48,056 bases of DNA from Erysipelotrichaceae bacterium (GTDB taxonomy: Bacteria > Bacillota_I > Bacilli_A > Erysipelotrichales > Erysipelotrichaceae): positions 1-48,056 of the forward strand of contig JBOGAI010000040.1 of NCBI GenBank assembly GCA_051655665.1, written 5' to 3'. A program made the position numbers and the translations under genes. Below the pieces are notes generated by a model. That model had not been told where the DNA came from and did not search any database. It worked only from the letters and a program-made list of their open reading frames with translations. Of the stretch, positions 19,285 through 30,756 are shown one piece after another. Numbering within the stretch: position 1 is the first letter of the stretch; every line of letters begins with the position of its first letter.

Positions 19285-20148
19285 ATGGTAAAGATTAAGA
19301 AGAATGTTGTGATTGATTTATTGTTGGTTGTATTAGGAAATATTGTCTTGGCAGCGGGGATTGCGTTTTTCATCATCCCGAATAATATTCTCTCGGGTGG
19401 TTTGGCAGGAATTGCAATTGCAGTGCAGCCCATTATCAATGTAGAACCGCAGATTACGATTAATGTGTTAACCATTGGGTTCTTTCTATTGGGCTTTCTG
19501 GTTATGGGGAAGCATTTTGCGACCAAAACGCTGGTAAGTTCCATTTTATATCCTCTGTTTCTTAATGTATTTTCTGTAATACGTACGGATCAAATGGTGA
19601 CAACCAATCCGCTTTTGGCTTCTTTGTATGGGGGAGCATTCGTTGGAATTGGGGTAGGACTTGTGTTTCGTAGTGGAGCAAGCACGGGAGGGATGGATAT
19701 TCCCCCTCTTATTGTGAATAAATATACCGGGATTGCGCTGCCCAAATTGGTCATGATTACCGATGCGCTTACGGTTTTATTGGGCGCTTTGGTGTTTGGG
19801 ATTGAGCAAGCCTTGATTGGATTGATTGCTGTTTGGGTTTCAACCTTTATGATCAACAAAATGATTTTGTTGGGTGCACACGAATCCAAATCGGTCATGA
19901 TCATCTCCGAGCGTCATGAAGCCATTACCAAGGGCATCTTGGAAAATATCCAACGCGGGGTTACCCTTCTAGAAGGGATGGGTGGCTATTCCAAAGCGAG
20001 AAAACCGGTTGTAATGGTGGTAGTATCCAAAAGACAATATCACGATTTATCAAGAATGGTTACCGAAATTGATCCTGATGCTTTCATGATTATTTCGGAC
20101 GTAAATGATGTGCGTGGCTTGGGATTTAGCTACCATGAAACGATATAA
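19285..20148 (+). CDS. YitT-family membrane protein (DUF2179 C-terminal domain)
   Basis: Five to six TM helices, then a soluble C-terminal domain (RGVTLLEGMGGYS...VVVSKRQYHDL...MIISDV). GGAGGG RBS. Confidence 0.85.
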   Translation: MVKIKKNVVIDLLLVVLGNIVLAAGIAFFIIPNNILSGGLAGIAIAVQPIINVEPQITINVLTIGFFLLGFLVMGKHFATKTLVSSILYPLFLNVFSVIRTDQMVTTNPLLASLYGGAFVGIGVGLVFRSGASTGGMDIPPLIVNKYTGIALPKLVMITDALTVLLGALVFGIEQALIGLIAVWVSTFMINKMILLGAHESKSVMIISERHEAITKGILENIQRGVTLLEGMGGYSKARKPVVMVVVSKRQYHDLSRMVTEIDPDAFMIISDVNDVRGLGFSYHETI

Positions 20149-20173
20149 CAACACAGTTTGAAAGGAATTCAAC

Positions 20174-20863
20174 ATGATTAGATTGGACAAAGTATCGAAA
20201 TTATACAAAAACGGAGTGCATGCTTTGCGCGATGTCTCTTTGCATATTGGGGAAGGTGAATTTGTTTACGTCATCGGACCAACGGGATCTGGGAAGTCGA
20301 CGCTGATCAAGCTCATTGATGGCGAAGAAGTGCCGAGCAAAGGGACGGTTGAGGTTTCGGGCATCAATGTCGGAAAATTGAAACACGCTAAAGTGCCTCT
20401 ATACCGCCGCAACATCGGCGTCGTCTTTCAAGACTTCAAATTGTTGCCCAACTTGACCATCTTTGAGAATGTCGCATTCGCCATGGAAGTCATTGGGACC
20501 GACAAAATTGAAATCCGCAAGCGCGTGCGTGAAGTGTTGGAACTGACCAGCCTCAGTGAAAAGGCCAAGGCCTTTCCGCGTGAGTTGTCAGGGGGACAGC
20601 AACAACGTGCGGCTATTGCCAGAGCGATTGCCAACAAACCCAAAGTATTGATCTGTGACGAACCGACCGGAAATCTCGATCCGGAGAAATCAATGGAAAT
20701 TATGGAGCTGTTGGAGCGAATCAATCAAGAAGAGCGTTGTACCATTTTAATGGTTACCCATGATATTACCCTTGTTGAGCAATCGAAAAAGCGAACCATC
20801 GCTTTGCAGGATGGGTTTGTCGCTGCCGATTTATCCAAAGGGGGTTACGTGAAGTATGATTAA
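20174..20863 (+). CDS. ftsE: Cell-division ABC ATPase FtsE
   Basis: Walker A GPTGSGKST, signature LSGGQQQR, Walker B VLICDEPTGNLD. Confidence 0.95.
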   Translation: MIRLDKVSKLYKNGVHALRDVSLHIGEGEFVYVIGPTGSGKSTLIKLIDGEEVPSKGTVEVSGINVGKLKHAKVPLYRRNIGVVFQDFKLLPNLTIFENVAFAMEVIGTDKIEIRKRVREVLELTSLSEKAKAFPRELSGGQQQRAAIARAIANKPKVLICDEPTGNLDPEKSMEIMELLERINQEERCTILMVTHDITLVEQSKKRTIALQDGFVAADLSKGGYVKYD

Positions 20864-21764
20864 GTTTTTGAAAATGATTCCCTATCATATACGTGCTGCG
20901 TTTAAAAGCGTATATCGACATATTGCCATGTCGTTGTCTGCGGCATCGGCCGTGACCGTGACGTTGTTGCTTATTTTCCTGTTTTTGGTTGTCGCGGGAA
21001 ATGTGGTCGGATTTACCAATAAGATGGAAGATGGAGTGCAAATCCACGTAACGGTGGAATCCACGCGAACCGACGTGGAGGTGCAAGACATTGGGACGGC
21101 CATTCGTGCGATTCCCAACATTGGAAAAGTAACGTTCTCCTCCAAAGACAACGAACTGGAGTTGTTTATCGATTCGTTCGGGGAAAGTGGAGAAATGTTT
21201 TCCATCTATCGTGGAGAATCCAACCCGATGCGAGATGCCTATATTGTAGACGTCAACGATAAGGATGAAATTGAAGCCGTAACCCGAAAAATCAAAGCGA
21301 TTGAAGGGGTGGAGAGTGCTGAGTTTGGGGGGTCTTCTTCCGTGAAGATGATCGAAGCCTTTGACTCCTTGCGTACGAGCGGATTTGTCTTTGTGGTCGC
21401 CCTGTCCTTATTGGCGATTTTCCTAATCAGCAATACGATTAAAATTACCATTTATGCCCGTGCCAACGAAATTGCCATCATGCGCAACGTAGGTGCAACC
21501 AATACCTTTATCAAAATGCCATTCATGTTTGAGGGAATCATCATTGGATTGATGGGTGCATTGATTCCGGTTGCCATTTCGATTTTCGGATATGGCTATT
21601 TCTATGAGATGATGAATGGTCAGCTTTTCAGTAATATGTTTGAATTGCAACCGGTTATGCCATTTGCCATTGACATTGCCTACATCCTCTTAGCAGTAGG
21701 CATGGGTGTGGGGCTTTTGGGAAGTCTGGTTTCGGTGAATAAATATTTGAGGTGGAAACGATGA
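20856..21764 (+). CDS. ftsX: Cell-division ABC permease-like FtsX
   Basis: TM1, an extracellular alpha/beta domain, then three C-terminal TM helices (FtsX/MacB-type fold). 8-nt overlap with ftsE. Confidence 0.9.
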   Translation: MIKFLKMIPYHIRAAFKSVYRHIAMSLSAASAVTVTLLLIFLFLVVAGNVVGFTNKMEDGVQIHVTVESTRTDVEVQDIGTAIRAIPNIGKVTFSSKDNELELFIDSFGESGEMFSIYRGESNPMRDAYIVDVNDKDEIEAVTRKIKAIEGVESAEFGGSSSVKMIEAFDSLRTSGFVFVVALSLLAIFLISNTIKITIYARANEIAIMRNVGATNTFIKMPFMFEGIIIGLMGALIPVAISIFGYGYFYEMMNGQLFSNMFELQPVMPFAIDIAYILLAVGMGVGLLGSLVSVNKYLRWKR

Positions 21765-23170
21765 AAAAAATAAGTCTCTTTTTACTTGCATTTGCCTTGT
21801 TGGTGTTCCAAGTCAATCCGACTTGGGTGGAAGCCAACTCTCAGTTTGCTGGAAATGAAGCCTATTGGATCAATTACTGTTCTCAAATTCTCCAAACGGA
21901 TGAAGACGTGCAGCTGTGTCGGGATTTCAAACGGTATTATGCACAGCTCAACGACAGCTTACAAGGCAATTTGAACCAATTAGAAAAAGAGTTGGACAAA
22001 GTCAAAAACGACATCAACAATTTGATTGCCACTGTCAATGGCCTAAACAAACAAATCACAGTCAAAGACGGTGAAATCAAGGCCGTAGAAACATCCATTA
22101 CCAAAATGGAAGAAAACATCAAAACGCTTGAAGAAGCCATCATTCAAACCCAAGCGGACATTGACGAGCGCAATGCCCAAATTCAGGAGCGCATGGTGGT
22201 GATGCAAAAATTCATTGGAATAAACGGCTATATCGACTTCGTCATGGGGGCAAAAGATTTGGTTGACATGATTCGTCGCGCAACCGGTGTGGAAAAAATC
22301 ACTTCCTATGACAAAGAACAAATTGCCTTGTTGCAAGCGGACATGGCACAACTTGAAGCCGATAAGGCGGAATTGGAACGCCAGAAACAAGAATTGGACG
22401 ATCGCAAAACAGAATTGGATCAAGCCAAAGCCAACTTGTTGGAAATGAAACGTGTGAGTGAAAAGTACGTTAGTGAGTTTAAAAAGCAAGAAGCGGACTA
22501 CGAAGCGAAATTGCGTGAAATTCAAGTCAGCATTTCGACCATTGCCAACAACATGCCAAACATCAATACATCCAAGCCAGGCGATTTGCCGCAGTTGGAT
22601 TTAAACAACGGATTTTACTTCCCCGTGTCGGGTTCGTATTATAAGAGTGCCGGAACGTGGTACTATCCAGCAAGCTTTGGCGGTGGATTGCACCAAGGAG
22701 TAGACTATGCAGCCAGCGTGGGAACGGCTCTGGTTGCCCCTGCCAACGCATATGTGGCGTACGCCAACAACCCTTGTCCTACCTATTCGGCTGGGATCGG
22801 AGATCGCTGTGGGTATCCACTTGGTGGGGGAAACACGGTCCTGATGATCATGGATGTCAACGGTGTCACCTATGCCGTTCACTATTCGCACATGGCGCGT
22901 GAAAATTTCTATGTCAAAGGCCAATCAACCGTCAGCAAAGGACAAGTGTTAGGTGGAATGGGAACAAGTGGAAACTCTACCGGTTCTCACGTTCATATCG
23001 AAGTCATCAATTTGGGGACCAAAGGGGCAGCGAATGCCTTGATTGAATTCAACCGTACGGGTGACTTTAACTTTGGTACTGGATGGAGTGGTGGATACCG
23101 TTGTGAAAACGGAAGCTACAATTCCAAAGGGTATTGCAAAGAGCGCCCAGAAAAGATTTTTGGAGTATAA
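21761..23170 (+). CDS. Secreted coiled-coil M23 (LytM-type) peptidoglycan endopeptidase, probable FtsEX partner
   Basis: Signal peptide MKKISLFLLAFALLVFQV, a long heptad-rich Q/E/K/L region, and a C-terminal M23 domain with HxxxD (HQGVD) and HxH (SHVHIE). ATGA overlap with the ftsX stop. The ORF track starts 3 codons earlier at a GTG. Confidence 0.85.
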   Translation: MKKISLFLLAFALLVFQVNPTWVEANSQFAGNEAYWINYCSQILQTDEDVQLCRDFKRYYAQLNDSLQGNLNQLEKELDKVKNDINNLIATVNGLNKQITVKDGEIKAVETSITKMEENIKTLEEAIIQTQADIDERNAQIQERMVVMQKFIGINGYIDFVMGAKDLVDMIRRATGVEKITSYDKEQIALLQADMAQLEADKAELERQKQELDDRKTELDQAKANLLEMKRVSEKYVSEFKKQEADYEAKLREIQVSISTIANNMPNINTSKPGDLPQLDLNNGFYFPVSGSYYKSAGTWYYPASFGGGLHQGVDYAASVGTALVAPANAYVAYANNPCPTYSAGIGDRCGYPLGGGNTVLMIMDVNGVTYAVHYSHMARENFYVKGQSTVSKGQVLGGMGTSGNSTGSHVHIEVINLGTKGAANALIEFNRTGDFNFGTGWSGGYRCENGSYNSKGYCKERPEKIFGV

Positions 23171-23192
23171 ACCGCCTGTATAGGCGGTTTTT
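23170..23192 (+). terminator. Rho-independent terminator after the M23 gene
   Basis: AACCGCCT-gtat-AGGCGGTT followed by TTT. Confidence 0.75.
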
Positions 23193-23231
23193 GCAGTTGG
23201 AGGAGTTTTCAAAAAAATATTGGCCGAATTA

Positions 23232-23240
23232 TGGTAAAAT
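23232..23240 (+). promoter_or_regulatory. Extended -10 TGgTAAAAT upstream of ctp
   Basis: TGnTAAAAT lies 25 nt upstream of the ATG at 23265. Confidence 0.4.
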
Positions 23241-23264
23241 AAGAAGGAAATAAGAGGTACTCGT

Positions 23265-24737
23265 ATGGAAGAACAGAAAAAGACGGTAGTATATAAATTA
23301 GAGAGGCATTTGTGGCCCGATGAAGTTGCAGCAAAGAAGAAAAGAAGAAGAAAACAAATCTTTTTGATCGCTGGGGCTGCAGTATTGTTTTTGTCGGGAA
23401 TTTTGCTGGGAAGCAATCTAGGACCAGGGCCTGCCCAATCGACGTTTGGTAAGCTCGATGCCATCCATGAAATCTTAAAAGAGCGATGGTACTTTGGAAA
23501 AGACTTTGAAGACTTGGATCAAAAGCTCATCGATTTCGGGATCAATGGCATGGTTGAAGGGGGAGGCGACATTCACACCAGTTACATGGATGCGCAGACC
23601 GCCCAACAGTTTACATCAAGCTTATCGGGAAGCTTTGTAGGGATTGGCGTTCAGTTTTACGACCTCGACGGCAGTTTCATCATCGAAAAAGTATTCAAAG
23701 ATTCCCCAGCGGAACAAAACGAGGTCATAGCGGGGGACATCATTGAAACCGTAAATGGGACCTCGGTGCAAGGGTTGACGTCAAGTGAATTGGCGGCAAT
23801 GGTCAAAGGAGAGAGTGGGACGGATGTCATTATCGGCTTTCGTAGAGGCAAAGAATTGCTTACCAAAACCATTACGCGCTCCCCGGTTCTCAGTTCGGTA
23901 TATGGTTACACGGAGAATGGTGTCGGAATCATTGAAATGAATCAATTTGCCAGCACCAGTGCCAAGGAGATGAAAGCCTACTTGGAAGAATTTAAGCAGG
24001 CCGGCGTGAATAAACTCATCTTGGATTTGCGTGATAATGGGGGAGGATATTTGGAAACGTGCGTGGATATTGCCTCGATGCTGTTAGGACCTAACAAAGT
24101 AGTCTTTGAACAACATGTGAAAGATGGCAATGTTACAGAATACACCACCAAAAAAAGCGATGTTTATTCGTTTGAGGACTTTGTCATCCTGGTCAACGAA
24201 AATTCAGCAAGCGCCTCAGAAGTATTGACGGCTGCGTTAGCAGAACACTTGGATGTCACCATCATTGGGACGAATACCTATGGCAAAGGGACCATGCAAA
24301 CCAGCATCCCGTTCGCGGATGGCAGCATGCTGAAATATACGATTGCGGAATGGAGAGCACCGGGTGGAAAGGTCATCAATGGGGTGGGCATTGCTCCAAA
24401 CATTGAGGTGCGATTGGATGACGCGATGTATACCTTTATGCCAGCGGAGTTTGAAGACCTTTACGATGTGGACCAAGTAGGGGAACCGGTGGCCATTATG
24501 CAAACCTACCTCAACTTTTTGGGCTATTCTGTCGACCGTATGGATGGATATTACTCTTCCCAAACGGCACAAGCATACCTGCAGTATCGCAAAGACAACA
24601 ATTTGTCCCAAACGACGCGCCTCTCGTATCCAGAACTGCGTGAACTTTTTTCAACGGTATCAAGATACTGGCATTTCAATAAAGATCAACTAGACTTACA
24701 ACGCATCAAAGCGTATGAGGTACTCAATGGAAACTAA
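23265..24737 (+). CDS. S41 carboxy-terminal processing peptidase with a PDZ domain and a C-terminal peptidoglycan-binding domain
   Basis: N-terminal TM anchor, PDZ (GIGVQF...GDIIETVNG), [26 protein letters not shown], and a PG_binding-like tail ([31 protein letters not shown]). Confidence 0.9.
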   Translation: MEEQKKTVVYKLERHLWPDEVAAKKKRRRKQIFLIAGAAVLFLSGILLGSNLGPGPAQSTFGKLDAIHEILKERWYFGKDFEDLDQKLIDFGINGMVEGGGDIHTSYMDAQTAQQFTSSLSGSFVGIGVQFYDLDGSFIIEKVFKDSPAEQNEVIAGDIIETVNGTSVQGLTSSELAAMVKGESGTDVIIGFRRGKELLTKTITRSPVLSSVYGYTENGVGIIEMNQFASTSAKEMKAYLEEFKQAGVNKLILDLRDNGGGYLETCVDIASMLLGPNKVVFEQHVKDGNVTEYTTKKSDVYSFEDFVILVNENSASASEVLTAALAEHLDVTIIGTNTYGKGTMQTSIPFADGSMLKYTIAEWRAPGGKVINGVGIAPNIEVRLDDAMYTFMPAEFEDLYDVDQVGEPVAIMQTYLNFLGYSVDRMDGYYSSQTAQAYLQYRKDNNLSQTTRLSYPELRELFSTVSRYWHFNKDQLDLQRIKAYEVLNGN

Positions 24738-26703
24738 ATCGTTTGAGCTTGTTTCTTCCTACAAGCCCAGTGGCGACCAGCCAAAAGCAATTGAACAACT
24801 TGTGGATGGCTTGCATGCGGGCAAAAAACACCAAGTTTTGCTCGGTGCAACCGGTACAGGGAAAACATTTACCGTTTCAAACGTAATTGCGCAGGTCAAC
24901 CGACCTACGCTGGTCTTTGTCCACAACAAAACGTTGGCGGGCCAACTGTATTCGGAGTTCAAAGAATTCTTCCCCAACAACCGGGTAGAATACTTTGTCT
25001 CCAATTTTGACTATTATCAACCAGAAGCGTATCTGCCAAGCTCAGATACCTATATTGACAAAACGGCAACGACCAATATGGAACTTGATATGCTGCGTAT
25101 GGCAGCGGTCAACTCTGTGTTGGAACGGCGGGACACCATTATCATTGCTTCGGTTGCTTGCATTTATGGGGCGAGCAATCCTGAACAATATCGAGACATG
25201 TTTTTTACCTTGCGAGTGGGGGAACGGATTGATCGCAAAGAGTTGTTGGTCAAATTGGTCGATCGCCAGTACACCCGCAACGACATCGATGCCTTGCGTG
25301 GAACCTTCAAGGTGCGCGGGGATAGTATCGAAGTGGTACCAGGTCACCGCGATGACATGCTCATCCGCATCGAATTGTTTGATGACGAAGTGGAACGCAT
25401 TTCGGAAATCGAACCCTTAACCGGAAAGGTTTTAGCAAGCTATGGGGTATATGTCTTCTATCCGGCTTCCGGTTACGCAACGCGCAAAGACATCATTTTG
25501 CGTGCGTGTGAGACCATCGAAGCGGAGTTGGAAGTGCGCTTAAAGGACTTGGAACAACAAGGCAAGTTGTTGGAAAAACAGCGATTGGAACAGCGCTGCC
25601 GCTATGATTTGGAGGCGTTGCGAGAATTCGGTTTCTGTCCTGGCATTGAAAACTACTCCCGACATATCGACGGTCGCAACGCAGGCGAGCGTCCCTATAC
25701 GCTTTTTGATTACTTCCCTGAAGACTTTTTGTTGGTCGTCGACGAAAGCCATGTTTCCTTGCCACAGGTGCGCGGGATGTACAACGGAGACCAAGCACGC
25801 AAAAACGTCTTGGTGGACTATGGCTTCCGCTTGCCCAGTGCCCTGGACAATCGTCCCATGCGCTTTGAAGAATTTGAAAGCGTAGTGAATCAGGCGATTT
25901 TCGTCTCCGCGACGCCGGGGGATTATGAACTCGACAAAACCAAAGGGGAAATCGTCGAACAAATCATCCGTCCTACAGGACTGTTGGATCCCCACGTCGA
26001 AGTACGCCCAACCATGGGTCAAATCGATGACTTGATTGATGAAATTCGCCAGCGTATTGCCCGCAATGAGCGTGTGCTCATTACGGCGTTGACGGTGAGA
26101 ATGGCGGAGGACTTATCTTCCTATTTGAAGCAGCTGGATATCAAAGTCGCATGGCTTCACCATGAAGTCAAAACCATCGAACGCACTGAAATCATCCGGG
26201 ATTTACGCAAAGGGAAATACGACGTTATTGTCGGAATCAACTTGTTGCGTGAAGGCTTGGATATTCCCGAAGTGTCGCTCATCGCCATTTTGGATGCGGA
26301 CAAAGAAGGATTCTTGCGCAGTGAGCGAAGCCTAATCCAAATCATCGGCCGAGCCGCCCGTAACGATCGCGGTTTGGTTATCATGTATGCGGATAAAATC
26401 ACCGATTCAATGGACAAAGCAATCAGTGAAACCAATCGTCGTCGGGAAATCCAAATGGCGTACAATGCCGAACACGGCATTACGCCAAAAACCATCATCA
26501 AACCCATTCATGAAGTTGTCCGTTCCAAAGAAACCCAAGAAATGACGGCTCGCTACATGAGTAAAAAAGCGAAAGTAAATAAAAAAGACAAAGAGAAATT
26601 AATGCAAAGCATTGAGAAAGAAATGAAGGAAGCAGCCAAGACCATGGATTTCGAACGTGCTGCGGAATTGCGTGATATCTTGATTGAATTGCGCAACAGT
26701 TGA
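24727..26703 (+). CDS. uvrB: Excinuclease ABC subunit B
   Basis: [25 protein letters not shown], beta-hairpin region, C-terminal UVR domain (FERAAELRD). The start at 24727 follows GAGG; the alternative ATG at 24715 is in frame. Confidence 0.96.
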   Translation: METKSFELVSSYKPSGDQPKAIEQLVDGLHAGKKHQVLLGATGTGKTFTVSNVIAQVNRPTLVFVHNKTLAGQLYSEFKEFFPNNRVEYFVSNFDYYQPEAYLPSSDTYIDKTATTNMELDMLRMAAVNSVLERRDTIIIASVACIYGASNPEQYRDMFFTLRVGERIDRKELLVKLVDRQYTRNDIDALRGTFKVRGDSIEVVPGHRDDMLIRIELFDDEVERISEIEPLTGKVLASYGVYVFYPASGYATRKDIILRACETIEAELEVRLKDLEQQGKLLEKQRLEQRCRYDLEALREFGFCPGIENYSRHIDGRNAGERPYTLFDYFPEDFLLVVDESHVSLPQVRGMYNGDQARKNVLVDYGFRLPSALDNRPMRFEEFESVVNQAIFVSATPGDYELDKTKGEIVEQIIRPTGLLDPHVEVRPTMGQIDDLIDEIRQRIARNERVLITALTVRMAEDLSSYLKQLDIKVAWLHHEVKTIERTEIIRDLRKGKYDVIVGINLLREGLDIPEVSLIAILDADKEGFLRSERSLIQIIGRAARNDRGLVIMYADKITDSMDKAISETNRRREIQMAYNAEHGITPKTIIKPIHEVVRSKETQEMTARYMSKKAKVNKKDKEKLMQSIEKEMKEAAKTMDFERAAELRDILIELRNS

Positions 26704-26711
26704 GGGGAATT

Positions 26712-27863
26712 ATGAAATCGGAAACACTCATTGGTAAACTAACCGTCAAAAACATCTTGGTCATCATTACCTACACCGTCTTTTTGGTGCTATGTGTCAT
26801 GAACTGGAAAACCATCTGGGGCATGGTTGCGATGCTTTTAAAGGTGCTCGCGCCCTTTTTAATCGGGTTGGGACTGGCCTTTGTCTTCAACATACCGATG
26901 AGATACATTGAACAAAAACTGCCAGAGCGCATTACGAAGTATCGTAAAATTCTTTCGGCCATTTTGGCGATGTTCATCATCGTGGGCTTACTCATCCTTC
27001 TTATCAATATCATCGTTCCACAAATTGCAGCGTCCATTGCCTTGTTTATCAAGGAACTGCCCACTTACATCGCCTCTGCGAAGGACTTGTTTTATACGGT
27101 AGTGGAGCAATTAAATCTGGCTCAGCCAAGTCTTAACAGCGTCATTGCGTACTTGAATGCGCTGGAGTCGGATCTCATCAACATCCTATCCACTCTTTTG
27201 CCCTACATCATCTCCATTGCCGGAAACTTGACCGTTAGTGTGGTCAATGTTTTCATTGGACTGGTCATTAGCATTTACTTGATCATCAGTAAGGAGCAAT
27301 TGCTCTCACAGTTCGATAAGCTGTTGTATGCGTTTTTGCAGTCCAACCACTATGAGTATTTCCATCATGTGCGCCGGCAGGCCAATGAAATCTTTTCCGG
27401 TTTTATTGCAGGACAATTGACAGAAGCCCTTATTGTTGGTGTATTGTGTTATCTAGGGTGCTTGATTTTGCAAATTCCATATGCACCCATCCTCGGTGTC
27501 ATTATTGGGTTGACCAATATCATACCCATTTTCGGACCCATTTTTGGGACCATACCGGGAGCTTTGCTTATTTTGATTATTGACCCTATCAAGGCTATCA
27601 TTTTTGTGGTTTTTGTCATCATCCTCCAACAAGTCGAATCCAATCTGATTTACCCACGTGTGGTGGGAAGCAATATTGGATTGTCTCCGATTTGGGTATT
27701 GCTCGGCATTACCTTGGGAGGGGGCTTGTTTGGCTTGATCGGGATTATTCTAGGCATTCCCGTCGTGGCCCTTGTGTACCGTTTGCTGGCAGACGAGGTT
27801 CGACGACGCATCGCCCTTAAACAAAAACTCCTAGAGCTAGGAGAAGAAAACGAAGGCTGTTAG
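26712..27863 (+). CDS. AI-2E family transporter (PerM/YhhT-like)
   Basis: Eight or so TM helices and the conserved IPIFGPIFGTIPG segment. The start at 26712 follows GAGGGG; the ORF track starts at TTG 26700. Confidence 0.85.
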   Translation: MKSETLIGKLTVKNILVIITYTVFLVLCVMNWKTIWGMVAMLLKVLAPFLIGLGLAFVFNIPMRYIEQKLPERITKYRKILSAILAMFIIVGLLILLINIIVPQIAASIALFIKELPTYIASAKDLFYTVVEQLNLAQPSLNSVIAYLNALESDLINILSTLLPYIISIAGNLTVSVVNVFIGLVISIYLIISKEQLLSQFDKLLYAFLQSNHYEYFHHVRRQANEIFSGFIAGQLTEALIVGVLCYLGCLILQIPYAPILGVIIGLTNIIPIFGPIFGTIPGALLILIIDPIKAIIFVVFVIILQQVESNLIYPRVVGSNIGLSPIWVLLGITLGGGLFGLIGIILGIPVVALVYRLLADEVRRRIALKQKLLELGEENEGC

Positions 27864-27885
27864 ACAGATTCAGAGGTAGTAACGT

Positions 27886-30756
27886 ATGCGTAAAGAATTT
27901 ATATCCATTAAAGGTGCTAGAGAAAACAACCTTAAAAACATCGACTTGGAAATCCCAAGAAATCAATTTGTGATCATGACCGGCGTTTCGGGATCTGGAA
28001 AAACCTCCTTGGCGTTTGATACAATCTATGCCGAAGGACAACGCCGCTACATGGAATCGCTTAGTGCCTATGCGCGTCAATTTTTGGGGAACAGTGAAAA
28101 GCCCGACGTGGACAGCATTGAAGGACTCTCTCCTTCCATCGCCATCGACCAAAAAACGACGAGCAACAACCCTCGTTCCACGGTGGGGACCGTAACCGAG
28201 ATATATGACTACTTGCGGTTGTTATATGCTCGTGTCGGGACGCCTTATTGTCCAATCCACAATGAACCCATCACCTCTCAAACTTTGAAACAGATGGTGG
28301 ATCGCGTGATGGACATCGAAGAGGGAAAACGCTTGATGGTACTAGCTCCGCTTGTCAAAGGAAAAAAAGGCTCTCACAAAGAACTGCTGGAACGCCTGCA
28401 AAAAGAGGGCTATCTGCGTTTGCGCATCAACGGTGAAATCAAACTCATGGAAGAAATGGAACCGTTGACCAAAACCAAGAAATATGACATTGACGTTGTG
28501 GTCGACCGCATTGTAAAAAGCGCGGATCGCTCCCGTGTCACCGACTCCCTGGAAGCAGCGTTGAAACTAGGGGAAGGCATGGCCATTGTTGCGTATGAGA
28601 GTGAAGAAATCCTGTTTTCATCCAATTATTCATGCAAGTATTGTGGCTTTTCAGTTCCAACGCTTGAACCACGTCTTTTTTCGTTCAACTCCCCACTGGG
28701 AGCATGTGGACACTGTAAGGGATTGGGCATCACACAAAAAGTCGACTTGGACATCCTGATGCCAGACAAGACATTGTCCATCAACGAGGGAGCCATTGTC
28801 TTTTATAAAAACATTATGTTGCGAGACAATTTAGACTGGCAGAAAATGCGTGCTTTGCTGGAATACTACAGCATCGACCAAGACAAACCCGTCAAAGAAC
28901 TGACCCAAAAAGAACTGCATTGGATTGTAAACGGCAGTGATGATCTGATTGAATATGAACTGTATTCCAAGTCGGGCGCAACCTTTCGCAAGAGCGAATA
29001 CATTGAAGGCGTGGGTTCACTGATTGAGCGCCGCCATCGCGAAACCACATCCCAAATGGCACGTGAATATTATCAATCGTTTATGAGCGAAGATACATGC
29101 TCCGTGTGCAATGGCCATCGTTTGAATGAACAAGCACTCAGCGTACGCATTCAAGATCGAAACATTTACGAGATGACCGCGATGTCAATCAAAGTCGGTT
29201 TGCAGGTCTTCGAAACGCTTGCCCTTACCAAACAACAAGAGGAAATCGCACGCTTGATTTTGAAAGAAATCCGTGAACGCTACAGCTTCTTAAATAACGT
29301 GGGATTGAATTATCTGACCTTAGATCGCATTGCCGGTTCGTTGAGTGGAGGGGAAGCACAGCGGATTCGTTTGGCTACTCAAATCGGATCGCGGCTGTCC
29401 GGTGTTTTATACGTGCTTGATGAGCCATCCATCGGTTTGCATCAACGCGACAACATGCGCTTGATTGAGGCGTTGAAGCAAATGCGTGATTTGGGGAACT
29501 CCCTGATTGTGGTAGAGCACGATGAGGACACCATGCGTGAAAGCGACTACATCATTGACATTGGACCTGGAGCTGGAATCCATGGGGGGCAAGTCGTGGC
29601 AATGGGTACACCTGAAGAGGTAATGGCCAATCCGCACTCGCTTACCGGGCAATATTTGTCCTTGAAAAAGCAAATTGCCTTGCCGAGTGAACGGCGTTTG
29701 GGCAATGGCAATGAACTCAAAATCGTAAACGCGCATGAAAACAACTTGAAAAACGTAACCGCACGCTTCCCACTTAACACACTGTGTGTCGTGAGTGGGG
29801 TTTCGGGTTCGGGGAAATCCTCCTTGGTCAACGAAATCTTATGCAAAGGCATCCAACAAAGCTTGGGCCGAATGAAGGTTAAGCCAGGGGCCCATGATGC
29901 GATTGAAGGTCTTGAACACATCGATAAAATCATTGAGATTTCGCAAGACCCCATTGGTCGAACCCCACGCTCCAACCCGGCAACGTATACGGGTGTCTTT
30001 GATGACATCCGCGACTTGTTCGCACAAAGCGTGGAAGCAAAAATTCGTGGATATGAAAAAGGCCGGTTCTCCTTCAATGTGCGTGGTGGTCGCTGCGAAG
30101 CGTGTCAGGGAGATGGCATCATTAAGATTTCGATGCATTTTCTACCAGATGTATATGTGCCATGTGAAGAGTGCAATGGGACTCGTTACAACGAAGAAAC
30201 CTTGCAAGTGACCTACAAAGGCAAAAACATTGCCGAAGTATTGGATATGAGCATTGAAGAAGCAATCGTATTTTTCACCTCGGTTCATAAAATCAAACAC
30301 AAACTGCAAACCCTTAAAGACGTTGGATTGGGGTATGTGAAATTGGGCCAAAGCGCGACGACCCTCTCAGGGGGAGAAGCCCAACGCGTGAAGTTGGCCA
30401 GTGAATTGCAAAAGAAGGCCACCGGGAAGACGTTGTTCGTCCTAGATGAACCGACTACGGGATTGCATACCGCTGACGTTGCCAAATTGATCAAGGTATT
30501 GCAACGCATCGTACACAACGGAGACAGTGTCATCGTCATTGAACACAATTTGGATGTGATCAAATGTGCGGATTATATTATCGACATCGGACCAGAAGGT
30601 GGGGATGAAGGGGGCCAAATCATTGCAACCGGAACCCCAGAAGACATTGCCCAAGTCGAAGCGTCGTATACGGGCCAATTTTTGAAAGTGGTATTAGAAA
30701 GAGGGAAAGCATATGACAAACACGAATCTAAAAGATCTGCCGCAACACAGCGTTAG
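27886..30756 (+). CDS. uvrA: Excinuclease ABC subunit A
   Basis: GARENNLKN, two ABC modules (GVSGSGKTS / GVSGSGKSS; two LSGGEAQR signatures), and Zn modules CKYCG...CGHCKG and CEACQGDG...CEECNG. Confidence 0.97.
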   Translation: MRKEFISIKGARENNLKNIDLEIPRNQFVIMTGVSGSGKTSLAFDTIYAEGQRRYMESLSAYARQFLGNSEKPDVDSIEGLSPSIAIDQKTTSNNPRSTVGTVTEIYDYLRLLYARVGTPYCPIHNEPITSQTLKQMVDRVMDIEEGKRLMVLAPLVKGKKGSHKELLERLQKEGYLRLRINGEIKLMEEMEPLTKTKKYDIDVVVDRIVKSADRSRVTDSLEAALKLGEGMAIVAYESEEILFSSNYSCKYCGFSVPTLEPRLFSFNSPLGACGHCKGLGITQKVDLDILMPDKTLSINEGAIVFYKNIMLRDNLDWQKMRALLEYYSIDQDKPVKELTQKELHWIVNGSDDLIEYELYSKSGATFRKSEYIEGVGSLIERRHRETTSQMAREYYQSFMSEDTCSVCNGHRLNEQALSVRIQDRNIYEMTAMSIKVGLQVFETLALTKQQEEIARLILKEIRERYSFLNNVGLNYLTLDRIAGSLSGGEAQRIRLATQIGSRLSGVLYVLDEPSIGLHQRDNMRLIEALKQMRDLGNSLIVVEHDEDTMRESDYIIDIGPGAGIHGGQVVAMGTPEEVMANPHSLTGQYLSLKKQIALPSERRLGNGNELKIVNAHENNLKNVTARFPLNTLCVVSGVSGSGKSSLVNEILCKGIQQSLGRMKVKPGAHDAIEGLEHIDKIIEISQDPIGRTPRSNPATYTGVFDDIRDLFAQSVEAKIRGYEKGRFSFNVRGGRCEACQGDGIIKISMHFLPDVYVPCEECNGTRYNEETLQVTYKGKNIAEVLDMSIEEAIVFFTSVHKIKHKLQTLKDVGLGYVKLGQSATTLSGGEAQRVKLASELQKKATGKTLFVLDEPTTGLHTADVAKLIKVLQRIVHNGDSVIVIEHNLDVIKCADYIIDIGPEGGDEGGQIIATGTPEDIAQVEASYTGQFLKVVLERGKAYDKHESKRSAATQR

